Assembly: GCA_033720855.1 (NCBI GenBank)
Contig: JAWWBR010000001.1
Span: 2,847 to 66,846 of the forward strand
Length of the DNA: 64,000 nt
Direction: 5' to 3'
Source of the DNA: Alphaproteobacteria bacterium
GTDB taxonomy: Bacteria; Pseudomonadota; Alphaproteobacteria; SMXQ01
Numbering within the stretch: position 1 is the first letter of the stretch; each line of letters starts with the position of its first letter. Shown in pieces: positions 44,472 to 52,897 of the stretch. Under the pieces are notes generated by a model. That model saw only the letters and a list, made by a program, of their open reading frames with translations, was not told the origin of the DNA and did not search any database. Position numbers and translations under genes: made by a program.

Positions 44472-44542
44472 GCGACCCACCGATGGCGCCCGGGTCGAGG
44501 CGGGCCTCGGTGGTGGCCGGGCCACCGTCAACGGTGGGTCGC
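44472..44542. repeat. GC-rich nested inverted repeat (structured element downstream of the LTTR gene)
   Basis: 11-bp arms GCGACCCACCG (44472..44482) and CGGTGGGTCGC (44532..44542) enclose two inner hairpins (GCCCG..CGGGC and GGTGGCC-g-GGCCACC). Confidence 0.5.
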
Positions 44543-44570
44543 CCTTGTGATGTTTCTGCGCGGCGACCGC

Positions 44571-45488
44571 CTAACTCAGGCCCGTGATCCTGGGGACATC
44601 TCTCATGGCATCGCGAATGAATCTGGCCAGCTCCTGGTAATCCTTACGGTGCGACGATTGTCTCCGCCATGCGAGGCCGATGACGCGGTTCGGGGAGTTG
44701 CGGTTGATGGGAATTACCGCGACCGATTGGTCCCCTTCGGTCTCGGCCAAAACGTACAGCATGGGCAGAAACGATATGCCGAGGCCCATGGAAACCATTT
44801 GTCTCAGGGTGTCCAGACTCGTGCCTTCGAAGTCGAGGGACATATTGGCATTGTACTCCTCGCACAGGTCGTGGACCTGGTCGTGCAGCCGATGGCCGCG
44901 CGCCAGCGCCAAAACGGTTTCGCCACGAAGATCTTCCCGCCGCACGGCCCGCTTGGTGGCCAAGCGGTGCTCCTTTGGAACGACAACCAGAAGCGGCTCC
45001 CGAAAGAGGCGGACGGTTTCGATGTCCGTCCGGTTAATGGGCAACGGAAAAACCAAAAGGTCCAGTTTGCCGTCCTCCAGGTCTTGGACTTGGGCATCCG
45101 GCATCCCCTCTCGAATATAAAGACGGAGATCCGGATAACGTTCATGCAAGGAGGGCAGGATATGAGGCAGAAGGTAGGGGCCGAGGGTCGACAGAATGCC
45201 GAGCCTAAACGTGCCGCTGAGCGACTCCCTGCCTCTGATCGCGATATCGCTGATTGCCTCGATCTCGCCCAGGATAATGCGGGCACGGGCGACGATCTCC
45301 TTGCCGAGGGGCGTCATCAGGACGTTCGATCTGCTTCTTTCCACCAGTTGCCCGCCCAGTTTGAGCTCCATTTCTCTCAGTTGGCCGCTGATGGTCGGTT
45401 GGCTGACATGCATGATCTCAGCGGCACGACGAAAGTGGAGCTGATCGGCGATGGCGACGAGGTAACGGAGCTGTTTGATTGTGAACAT
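44571..45488 (-). CDS. LysR-type transcriptional regulator, OxyR family-like
   Basis: 305 aa. HTH LRYLVAIADQLHFRRAAEIMHVSQPTISGQLREMELKLG, then GPYLLPHILPSLHERYP and TSLDTLRQMV, closely parallel E. coli OxyR by eye. The Cys199-equivalent position appears to be Arg. Confidence 0.85.
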   Translation of the reverse strand: MFTIKQLRYLVAIADQLHFRRAAEIMHVSQPTISGQLREMELKLGGQLVERSRSNVLMTPLGKEIVARARIILGEIEAISDIAIRGRESLSGTFRLGILSTLGPYLLPHILPSLHERYPDLRLYIREGMPDAQVQDLEDGKLDLLVFPLPINRTDIETVRLFREPLLVVVPKEHRLATKRAVRREDLRGETVLALARGHRLHDQVHDLCEEYNANMSLDFEGTSLDTLRQMVSMGLGISFLPMLYVLAETEGDQSVAVIPINRNSPNRVIGLAWRRQSSHRKDYQELARFIRDAMRDVPRITGLS

Positions 45489-45580
45489 GGCCTTGGTTCT
45501 GTTCCGAGATTTCCGGGCACAAGCAAGCTCAGCCGGGCTTCGGCCGACATAAGATTATGCCCTGTTTTTCAAACTTCATA

Positions 45581-45595
45581 ATCAGAAAATCTGAT
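45581..45595. promoter_or_regulatory. Candidate LTTR box (T-N11-A dyad) in divergent promoter region
   Basis: Perfect dyad ATCAGA-aaa-TCTGAT, about 90 bp from both the LTTR ATG (45488) and the small-ORF ATG (45681). Flanking inverted repeat GATTAT (45553..45558) / ATAATC (45578..45583). Confidence 0.5.
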
Positions 45596-45680
45596 CAAAA
45601 CATGCACGGGAACCAATTGGATTTAGGGGCCGCCAGTTGTGACAATCGGCGCGCAACATTTTTTGAAAACGGAGAGCCAA

Positions 45681-45809
45681 ATGACATCACAGTCCGGAGC
45701 CGAAGCCGATTTCAATGCATCCCACGTCCCCACGCGTCCGGGGGTCGTCGCGTACAGCGTGGCAGCGGGGATCGTGATCCTGCTCTCCATTTTCGTACTG
45801 GCGACCTGA
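45681..45809 (+). CDS. Unannotated 42-aa tail-anchored membrane peptide (below track size cut-off)
   Basis: GGAGAG-N5-ATG. MTSQSGAEADFNASHVPTRPGVVAYSVAAGIVILLSIFVLAT-stop. Mostly G/C-ending codons. A canonical terminator lies 32 nt downstream. Divergent from the LTTR. Confidence 0.5.
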   Translation: MTSQSGAEADFNASHVPTRPGVVAYSVAAGIVILLSIFVLAT

Positions 45810-45840
45810 GCGACGCTGCTTGCCTCCCCGATAGACTGGG

Positions 45841-45866
45841 CCGGCCCCTCTGGGGCCGGTTTTTTT
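45841..45866 (+). terminator. Rho-independent terminator of the small ORF
   Basis: CCGGCCCC-tct-GGGGCCGG followed by 7 T. Confidence 0.85.
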
Positions 45867-46015
45867 CTCGTTGCAATCCATCCAGGACGAGATACGGCGT
45901 TGCGCGAATACGCGTTGGCTCCGCGATGGCGTGTCACCTCTTTTGCGCCGCCGGCCGCGAATCGATTACGGCGCCCGCCCGTAACCGGCCGTCATCCGCG
46001 CCGCCGGGCATCGCC

Positions 46016-47815
46016 TCATTCCGCGTAGCCCGGCACGACGCGCACGTCGAGGACCACCCGGCCGCCGGCCTTGACCTTGTCGGCGGCGGTGTTGAGCGCC
46101 TCCAGGAGCCCCTCGGCGCCCGTCACCTGTTCCGCCTCGAAACCGAAGGAACGCGCGAAGCCGGCGATGTCGACCCCCGGCTCGTCGATGCGCTGGCCGA
46201 TCCATTTGTTCTCGACCGGGCGCTCGCGATCGATCGCCACCTGTTCCTGATGGGCGACGTCGTTGTAATACGCCCGGTTGTTGGCGACGATGATGAGGAG
46301 CGGCAGATCCATGTGGGATGCGGTCCAGATGGCGCTGCCGCCCATGACGAAATCGCCGTCGCCGACCATGGCGACGGGGAGCCGGCCGGTGCCCTTGAGG
46401 GCCAGCGCCGCGCCCACCGCGTGGCCCGGCCCGGCGCCGACCCCGGCGCCGCCGTTTGAACCGAAGAAATCGAGCGGCCCGCGGATGGTGATGCAGTCCC
46501 CGGGCCAGCCGAGGGGCATGTTGATCAGGCTGACGTCGTCGCGCTCGGCATGAAACCGGCGCCAGATCAGCGCCATGTCGCGGAGCGCCATGGTGCCACG
46601 GGCGACGGGCTCCTGCTTTTCCGTATTTTCGTTGGCGAGAGGGAGCTTCTGCCCCTTGGGGGCCGTCGCGCCGCGCGCCTCCAACTCGGCCAGAAGCGCG
46701 CTCACGGTCATGTCGGGGGTCGCCAGCACCCTCAGGTCGGCGGTCGGCAGGATGTGGTAGTCCATGGACCAGCCGCGGTGCGAGTACTGGTCGACCGAGA
46801 CGTGGATCACCTTGGCGGCGATCTTGTCCGGGCCGCCCAGGCGCTTGACGTAACCGCCGAGATCCATCCAGTCGAGGCTGAGCACGGCGTCGGCCCGGGC
46901 GAAGGCGTCGAGGTGCTGGTCGCGGGGGTGGAAGCGCGGCTCCAGCACGTGCAGGGGATGGTCCGAGGGGAAGGCCGCCGAATTGTGGAGATCGGTCAGC
47001 ACCACGGCGCCGAGCGCCTCGGCCAGGCGGATGCGGTTCTCGAAGGCGTCCTCGCCGCGCAGGCCGCGCCCCACCATCATCAAGGGCCGCTCGGCGGCGG
47101 TCAGGATATCGGCGATCTCCGCCACTTCGTCGGCCCTGGGCGCCGCCGGCCTGGCGGGCTGAAAGCGCGTTGGGTCGGGGAAGGCGACCTCGCCGGTGAG
47201 CGCCCCTTCCTGGAATTTTTCGTCGAGGCAGACATAGACCGGGCCGAAGGGCGCGGTGCGGGCGATCTGGTTCGCGCGCAGGAGCGATTCCAGCGCCGCC
47301 GGCACCGAATGGGGGGTGTCGTCCCATTTGGTGTAGTCGCGGACGATATGGGCCTGATCGGCGGTGGAATGGATCCATTCGATCCACGGGCGCCGGGCCT
47401 CGGCGTCGAGCGGGCCGTTGGCGCCGATGATGACCACCGGCTTGCGGTCGCACCAGGCGTTGAACACGGCCATGGTCGCGTGCATCAGGCCGACATTGGT
47501 GTGCACGGCGGCGGCCATCGGCGTATCGGTCACCTTGGCGTAGCCGTGGGCGATGGCGACGGTGTGCTCCTCGTGCAGGCAGACCAGCATCTGCGGATTG
47601 GTGTTGCCGAGAAAATTGACCACCGAATCGTGGAAGCCGCGATAGCTCGCCCCCGGCACCAGGGCAATGTATTTAAGGTCGAGGCGGCGCAGCATCTCGG
47701 CAACCGCGTCGGAGTTCCAGCCGAGGCGCGGGTTGCCCGCCCCTTCGGGGCGATCGATATGGGTGAATGTCGCGCTCCCGGGCCGCGGGTCCTTCCTCTC
47801 GCCCTCGTCTGCCAT
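46016..47815 (-). CDS. Thiamine pyrophosphate-dependent enzyme (acetolactate synthase large subunit-like family)
   Basis: 599 aa. N-terminal TPP-Pyr domain (LVCLHEEHTVAIAHGYAKVT) and C-terminal TPP-binding motif GDGDF..NN (VAMVGDGDFVMGGSAIWTA..IIVANNRAY). Confidence 0.85.
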   Translation of the reverse strand: MADEGERKDPRPGSATFTHIDRPEGAGNPRLGWNSDAVAEMLRRLDLKYIALVPGASYRGFHDSVVNFLGNTNPQMLVCLHEEHTVAIAHGYAKVTDTPMAAAVHTNVGLMHATMAVFNAWCDRKPVVIIGANGPLDAEARRPWIEWIHSTADQAHIVRDYTKWDDTPHSVPAALESLLRANQIARTAPFGPVYVCLDEKFQEGALTGEVAFPDPTRFQPARPAAPRADEVAEIADILTAAERPLMMVGRGLRGEDAFENRIRLAEALGAVVLTDLHNSAAFPSDHPLHVLEPRFHPRDQHLDAFARADAVLSLDWMDLGGYVKRLGGPDKIAAKVIHVSVDQYSHRGWSMDYHILPTADLRVLATPDMTVSALLAELEARGATAPKGQKLPLANENTEKQEPVARGTMALRDMALIWRRFHAERDDVSLINMPLGWPGDCITIRGPLDFFGSNGGAGVGAGPGHAVGAALALKGTGRLPVAMVGDGDFVMGGSAIWTASHMDLPLLIIVANNRAYYNDVAHQEQVAIDRERPVENKWIGQRIDEPGVDIAGFARSFGFEAEQVTGAEGLLEALNTAADKVKAGGRVVLDVRVVPGYAE

Positions 47816-48019
47816 TCCGTCCTCCCTCGGTCATCCGCGTCAGGCGCGGGTTGGCCAGAGGTAACGATCTTGCCTCGCCCTGGCAAGGACCTTCGCGAGG
47901 CCGGCCAGGATTGTCGGGCAAACCGAACCGCGGCGGGGTAGACTGGGGCGCATCGGCGGCCGATCCCCGGCCCCCTATCAGCCCCGATCCGAGGCGATCT
48001 CGATGACCGGAAAAGTGAC

Positions 48020-48916
48020 GTGCCGCGCCGCCCCATGACCGCGCCCGCCCAGGGCGCGGCGTGGATGATCGCGGCGGCGGTGTCCTTTTCCCTGATGACC
48101 TGGGCGATCCGGGAGCTGGCGCCGATCTCCGCCTCGGAAATCATCTTCCTGCGCAGCCTGGTCGGGCTGTTTTTCGTCCTGCCGTGGCTGAGGCTTCCCG
48201 AAGGCCGCCTGTTGCGCCGCCCGCGCATCGGCCTGTTCGGCTTGCGCGCGGTGATGAGCTACGGCGCCATGCTGGCCTGGTTCTACGCCATTCACCACGC
48301 GGTCCTGGCCGATGCCGTGGCGCTGCAGTTCACCCTGCCGCTCTTCACCATCCTGTTTGCCATCGTCGTCTTTCGCGAACCGGTGGGCATGCGCCGCTGG
48401 AGCGCGACCATCATCGGGTTTCTCGGCGCGCTCGTCATCATCCGCCCGGGCTTTGCTGAGATCGACGCCGCGATGGCGCTGGTGCTCCTGTCTTCGGCCC
48501 TCTACGGCGCGACAAATATCGTGGTGAAATACCTCACCCGTTTCGAGCGGGCCGCAACCCTGGTGTTCTATCTCCACGTCCTGACCCTGCCGATGGCGCT
48601 GGCGGGGGCGCTGCCCTACTGGGTGTGGCCGGGCTGGGCCGATCTGCCGTGGATCCTGATCCTGGGGGCGACCGGGACGCTCGCCCATTACTGCTTCTCC
48701 CGGGCCATGGCCGCGGCCGACGCCTCCGTGGTGATGCCGCTGGATTACCTGCGCCTGCCGATGCTGGCGGCGCTCGGCTATTTCGCCTATGGCGAGGCGA
48801 CCACGGGGTGGACCTGGGCGGGGGCGGCGATCATCTGTTCGTCGACCTTCTATATCACCCGGCGCGAGGCGCAGATCGCCCGGGCGGCCCGTGTCTCAGC
48901 CGCCAAACCGGATTAG
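48020..48916 (+). CDS. DMT superfamily (EamA-like) transporter
   Basis: 298 aa with about ten hydrophobic segments in two EamA-like halves. GTG 48020, alternative ATG 48035. Confidence 0.82.
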   Translation: MPRRPMTAPAQGAAWMIAAAVSFSLMTWAIRELAPISASEIIFLRSLVGLFFVLPWLRLPEGRLLRRPRIGLFGLRAVMSYGAMLAWFYAIHHAVLADAVALQFTLPLFTILFAIVVFREPVGMRRWSATIIGFLGALVIIRPGFAEIDAAMALVLLSSALYGATNIVVKYLTRFERAATLVFYLHVLTLPMALAGALPYWVWPGWADLPWILILGATGTLAHYCFSRAMAAADASVVMPLDYLRLPMLAALGYFAYGEATTGWTWAGAAIICSSTFYITRREAQIARAARVSAAKPD

Positions 48917-48959
48917 GACAGCGAATTCTGGGGAATGGGGGAGGGGGCGCCGGCCCTCA

Positions 48960-49232
48960 TCAGCCGCCGTTGATGAGCGTGCGGCCCTTGGGCGTCAGTT
49001 TGCACACCAGCCAGTCGGGCTTGATGGCGTTCCAGAACCAGGGTTCCGCCCAGCCCTTGTCGAGGCAGACGCGCACCGTGCGCGGCGAGATGCGCTGGCC
49101 CAACTCGTTGAACAACGGCAGTTTGCCGCCGGGCTGGCCAAGGCCACGCTTGAGCCAGGCGAGCTGCGCATCGCTGGGGCGCCCGTCCGCGAAGTCTTCG
49201 CGGGGACGAAGGTTGGTGTTTGCTGCGTCCAT
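48960..49232 (-). CDS. Small hypothetical protein
   Basis: 90 aa with very strong G/C third-position bias. Trp-rich (WLKRG..GWAEPWFWNAIKPDWLV). Divergent from cutA. No family I can name. Confidence 0.6.
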   Translation of the reverse strand: MDAANTNLRPREDFADGRPSDAQLAWLKRGLGQPGGKLPLFNELGQRISPRTVRVCLDKGWAEPWFWNAIKPDWLVCKLTPKGRTLINGG

Positions 49233-49379
49233 GCCGCTCCCGAGTCTCCTCAGGCCTCCCGTGGGCAGGATGTTGCAAATATGGTTTATTTTACGTTAAT
49301 TGCGCTGGGCTGTCACGATTGCCGGTCGGGCGCCGGCCCGGGATGCGTGGATCGGCGGGCGGCGAAAGGGGACGAGGCG

Positions 49380-49697
49380 ATGACCTGTGTGGTGCTGTAC
49401 GTGACCGCCGCTGACGCGGAAGAGGCGGCGCGCATCGGCCGGACATTGGTGGAGGAGCGGTTGGCGGCCTGCGCCAACGTGTTGCCCGGCGTGCGCGCGA
49501 TCTACCGTTGGGAGGGCGCGGTGCAGGACGAGGCGGAAGCGGTGCTGATCGCCAAGACCGAAGCGTCTTGCGTCGCCGCGGCGACGGACCGGATCAAGGC
49601 CCTGCACAGCTATGAGCTGCCCTGCGTGGTGGCGCTTCCCGTAGCCGGCGGCAACGCGGCGTTTCTTGAATGGATCGAGGCGGAAACGGACGGCTGA
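49380..49697 (+). CDS. cutA: Divalent-cation tolerance protein CutA
   Basis: ATG 49380 in frame with track ORF 48789..49697. 105 aa. LAACANVLPGVRAIYRWEG..E..LIAKT..YELPCVVALP is typical CutA1. Confidence 0.9.
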   Translation: MTCVVLYVTAADAEEAARIGRTLVEERLAACANVLPGVRAIYRWEGAVQDEAEAVLIAKTEASCVAAATDRIKALHSYELPCVVALPVAGGNAAFLEWIEAETDG

Positions 49698-49732
49698 GGG
49701 GAATTCCCGCGTCTTGGAGTCCGTCTATCCGC

Positions 49733-49918
49733 TTAGGCGTCGGTGGCGCCGGGTTTCCGCGGCCGATGGGCGCGGTTGAGGGCGTCACGCACCCTGGCGC
49801 GGTATTCGGGATCGATGACGACGCGCTCGAGGTCGATGGGTTCGAAATCCGGCGCCGGGGGGATGGGATCGGGCTTGCGGATTGTCTTGGTGCTGGCCGC
49901 TGTCGGCTCGAGGTACAT
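49733..49918 (-). CDS. Small hypothetical protein
   Basis: 61 aa. SD AAGGA about 10 nt upstream of the ATG. Very high G/C third-position bias. No recognisable motif. Confidence 0.55.
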   Translation of the reverse strand: MYLEPTAASTKTIRKPDPIPPAPDFEPIDLERVVIDPEYRARVRDALNRAHRPRKPGATDA

Positions 49919-50208
49919 GACGTCGGGTCCTTTCGAACGCTTTCAAGGTCCCCCTTCGACGCGTCTCGCGCCTCCCCTTTTGCAACACTAGGCTGCCAAT
50001 GCGGCCCTCGCAGGACATAAATATGGTTAAAATGTGATATTTCAAGGGGTTTAGGAGCAGCCATTAAGTCATGTGTTAACAAAATTGTCGCACCGTTTGC
50101 ACAATCTGGCGGCATCGGGCGGGGCCAAGAAATAACGCCGGGCGCGGTGCCCGGTGCGGTATAGTGCCGCATCCGACCCGGTCCCCGATCGAAGGTGGCG
50201 CTGTCCCC

Positions 50209-51417
50209 ATGAACTCCCTATCCGCCCGCCTGTCGCAAGGTTTCGCCCATATCGGGCACGCCTATATGCATCTCCTGGTGGCGTTGTTCCTGACCATCGT
50301 GCTCGCCCTGGAGCAGGCCTGGCGCAAGGAATATGCCGACCTCATCAGCCTGTGGACGGCCGGCGCCTTTCTGGTCGGTGTGCTGGCGCCGCTCGCCGGT
50401 TATCTCGGCGACAAGTGGTCGACGCCGGGGATGATGGTGGTGTTCTTCGTCGGCTCGGGCGCGGCCACCATCGCCTGCGGCCTGGCCGAGGATCCCCTGA
50501 CCCTGGCGCTTGCCCTGGCCGGGCTCGGCACCTTCGCCGCGATTTTGCATCCGGTGGGGATGGCCTGGCTGGTGCGCAGCGCCGTCAACCGGGGGATGGC
50601 GCTCGGCGTGTTCGGCGTGTCCGGCTCGGTTGGCGTCGCCACCGCCGGCATCGTCGCGGCGGCGCTGATGAATGGCATCAGCTGGCGCGCGGCCTTCATC
50701 GTGCCGGGTGCGGTGTGCCTGGCGACGGGGCTGATATTGCTGGGCTTCATCGCCGCCGGGCTGGTTCGCGATGAACGCCGGGACCGTGTCAGCTACGATG
50801 AGCCAACCCGTTCCGAGGTGCTGCGCGCCTTCTTCGCGCTGTCGGCGACGGTGTTTCTCGGCGGCTTGATCTATCAGGGCACCCAGGTGGCGATGCCCAA
50901 GGCGCTGACCCTCAGGCTGCCGGGCCTCGAGGACGGCGGCTGGCTGGCCGCCGGCAGCCTGTTCACCATGATCTACCTGATCGGCGGCATGATGCAGCTG
51001 GGCGGCGGCTGGCTGGCCGACCGCTATCCCCTCAAATGGGTCTACCTCTGGACCTACGTCTTCCAGGTGCCGTTCCTGTTCGCCGCCGCGGCGCTGACCG
51101 GCATCCCCTTCGTGCTCGCGGCGGTGGTCATGGTCACCTTGAACGTGGGCTCGCTGCCGGCGGAAAATGGGCTGCTGGCGCGCTATACGCCGGTGCGCTG
51201 GCGCGGCTCGGCCTTCGGCGCGAAATTCGTCCTGTCCCTGGGCGTGGCGCCGGTGGCGGTGCAGTTGGTCGCCTGGATCCAAGGGGCGACCGGCGGCTTC
51301 TTCTGGCTGTTCGTGCTGCTGGGCTCGGCATCCATGCTCGCCGTGATCGCCATCCTGCTGTTGCCGGGGGACGAGCGCGGCCTCGTGCCCAAGGTCGTGC
51401 CCGGCGCCGCCGAATAA
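50209..51417 (+). CDS. MFS transporter
   Basis: In frame with track ORF 50164..51417 (GTG 50164 alternative). About 12 hydrophobic segments. MFS loop motif GYLGDKW. Confidence 0.85.
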   Translation: MNSLSARLSQGFAHIGHAYMHLLVALFLTIVLALEQAWRKEYADLISLWTAGAFLVGVLAPLAGYLGDKWSTPGMMVVFFVGSGAATIACGLAEDPLTLALALAGLGTFAAILHPVGMAWLVRSAVNRGMALGVFGVSGSVGVATAGIVAAALMNGISWRAAFIVPGAVCLATGLILLGFIAAGLVRDERRDRVSYDEPTRSEVLRAFFALSATVFLGGLIYQGTQVAMPKALTLRLPGLEDGGWLAAGSLFTMIYLIGGMMQLGGGWLADRYPLKWVYLWTYVFQVPFLFAAAALTGIPFVLAAVVMVTLNVGSLPAENGLLARYTPVRWRGSAFGAKFVLSLGVAPVAVQLVAWIQGATGGFFWLFVLLGSASMLAVIAILLLPGDERGLVPKVVPGAAE

Positions 51418-51516
51418 ACCCCTTGCGATTTTTGCGACGGATTTCGCGGCTCCGGCCGTGTATTTTCGGACGACAACAACGATAACCCGGTCCCCGTTTC
51501 GGGAGGGAATGGAAGA

Positions 51517-52854
51517 ATGGTCAGGGGACACATGCTTGCGGCCTGGCTCGAGCGCGTGGCCAACGTCCGCGAGGACGAGGTCAAGGCCCTGGTCTGGGCC
51601 TTCGCCTATTTCTTCTGCCTGCTGACCAGCTATTACATCCTGCGCCCGCTGCGCGACGAGATGGGCGTGCGCTCGGGGGTCGAAAACCTGCAGTGGCTGT
51701 TTTCCGGCACCTTTTTCGTCATGCTGGTGGCCGCCCCCATCTTCGGGGCCGTGGTGTCGCGCTTTTCGCGCCGCCAGTTCATTCCCTGGGTGTACCGCTT
51801 CTTCGTCCTCAACATCCTGATCTTCTTCGCCATGCTCACCCTGGGCTGGGCCGAGATCACGGTGGCCCGCGTCTTCTTCGTCTGGGTCAGCGTCTACAAC
51901 CTGTTCGTGGTGACCGTGTTCTGGGGGTTCATGGCCGATCTCTTCTCCAACGCCCAGGGCAAGCGGCTGTTCGGATTCATCGCCGCCGGAGGCTCCGCCG
52001 GGGCGCTTTTGGGGCCGAGCCTGACGGCGGCGCTGGCCGTGCCGCTGGGGCCGGTCAACCTGCTGCTGATCTCGGCCGTGTTCCTGGAACTCGCGGTCTG
52101 GTGCGTGCGCGGGCTGCTCAAAAGCCCTCAGGGAGAGGCCCATGACGCCGGGCCCGCGCGCGAGAACGGTGCCGCCGCAGACGGCGCGTCGCGCAACGAG
52201 GCGGTGATCGGCGGCGGCTTCCTCGACGGCGTCGTGGAGATCCTGCGCTCCCGCTACCTTGCCCTGATCTTCCTGCACATCGTCCTGCTGTCGACGACGG
52301 CGACCTTCCTCTATTTCCAGCAGGCCTCGATCGTCGCGGCGGCGACCCAGGACAGCGGCGAACGCACGCAAATCTTCGCCTTCATCGATCTCGCCGCCAG
52401 CCTTCTCACCATCGGCGTGCAGTTCCTGCTGACCGGACGCCTGATCCTGCGCTTCGGGGTCGGGCCGGCGCTCGCCTTCCTGCCGGTGGTGACCATGGTC
52501 GGGTTCCTGGTGCTGGCGTTCTCGCCGGTGCTGGCCGTGGTGGTGGTGTTCCAGGCGATCAAGCGGGCGGCGGAATTCGCCATTTCCAACCCGGCGCGGG
52601 AAGTCCTGTTCACGGTGGTGACGCGCGAGCAGAAATACAAGTCGAAGAGCTTCTTGGATACCGCCGTCCTGCGCGGCGCCGACATGGTGAGCGGCTGGGG
52701 CTATCACGGCCTGCGCGGCCTGGGGCTGGATCTCTCCGCCATCGCCGGCGTGACCGTGCCCCTGGCCGCGGCTTGGGCAGGGGTGACCCTGGCCCTCGGC
52801 CGCAGGCAGGAGAAATTGGCGAACGAGTCGACGGCGGCGGTGCCCGCCCAATAG
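51517..52854 (+). CDS. MFS-type transporter resembling ATP/ADP translocase (TLC/Npt)-family proteins
   Basis: 445 aa, SD GGGAGGGAATGGAAGA-ATG. YILRPLRDEMG and FWGFMADLFSNAQGKRLFGFIAAGGSAGALLGP resemble TLC-family signature regions (from memory). Confidence 0.7.
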   Translation: MVRGHMLAAWLERVANVREDEVKALVWAFAYFFCLLTSYYILRPLRDEMGVRSGVENLQWLFSGTFFVMLVAAPIFGAVVSRFSRRQFIPWVYRFFVLNILIFFAMLTLGWAEITVARVFFVWVSVYNLFVVTVFWGFMADLFSNAQGKRLFGFIAAGGSAGALLGPSLTAALAVPLGPVNLLLISAVFLELAVWCVRGLLKSPQGEAHDAGPARENGAAADGASRNEAVIGGGFLDGVVEILRSRYLALIFLHIVLLSTTATFLYFQQASIVAAATQDSGERTQIFAFIDLAASLLTIGVQFLLTGRLILRFGVGPALAFLPVVTMVGFLVLAFSPVLAVVVVFQAIKRAAEFAISNPAREVLFTVVTREQKYKSKSFLDTAVLRGADMVSGWGYHGLRGLGLDLSAIAGVTVPLAAAWAGVTLALGRRQEKLANESTAAVPAQ

Positions 52855-52897
52855 CTGTGCCCACGACGATCATGTTTGCGAACAGGGAGTGAAAGAG

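Noticed and set aside
44251-44550. 99-aa plus-strand ORF spanning the AT-rich region.
   Set aside because: Its first half is encoded by AT-rich DNA and its second half by GC-rich DNA, giving an implausible composition. It has no SD and overlaps the structured repeat.
50218-52851. 877-aa ORF on the minus strand, plus similar long ORFs such as 14476..16443(-), 16310..17974(-), 3847..5319(-), 40848..42143(+) and 44403..45581(+).
   Set aside because: They lie antisense or out of frame to genes with clear family signatures. Their translations are Arg/Gly/Pro/His-rich and low-complexity, which is the usual artefact of stop-codon-poor frames in high-GC DNA.
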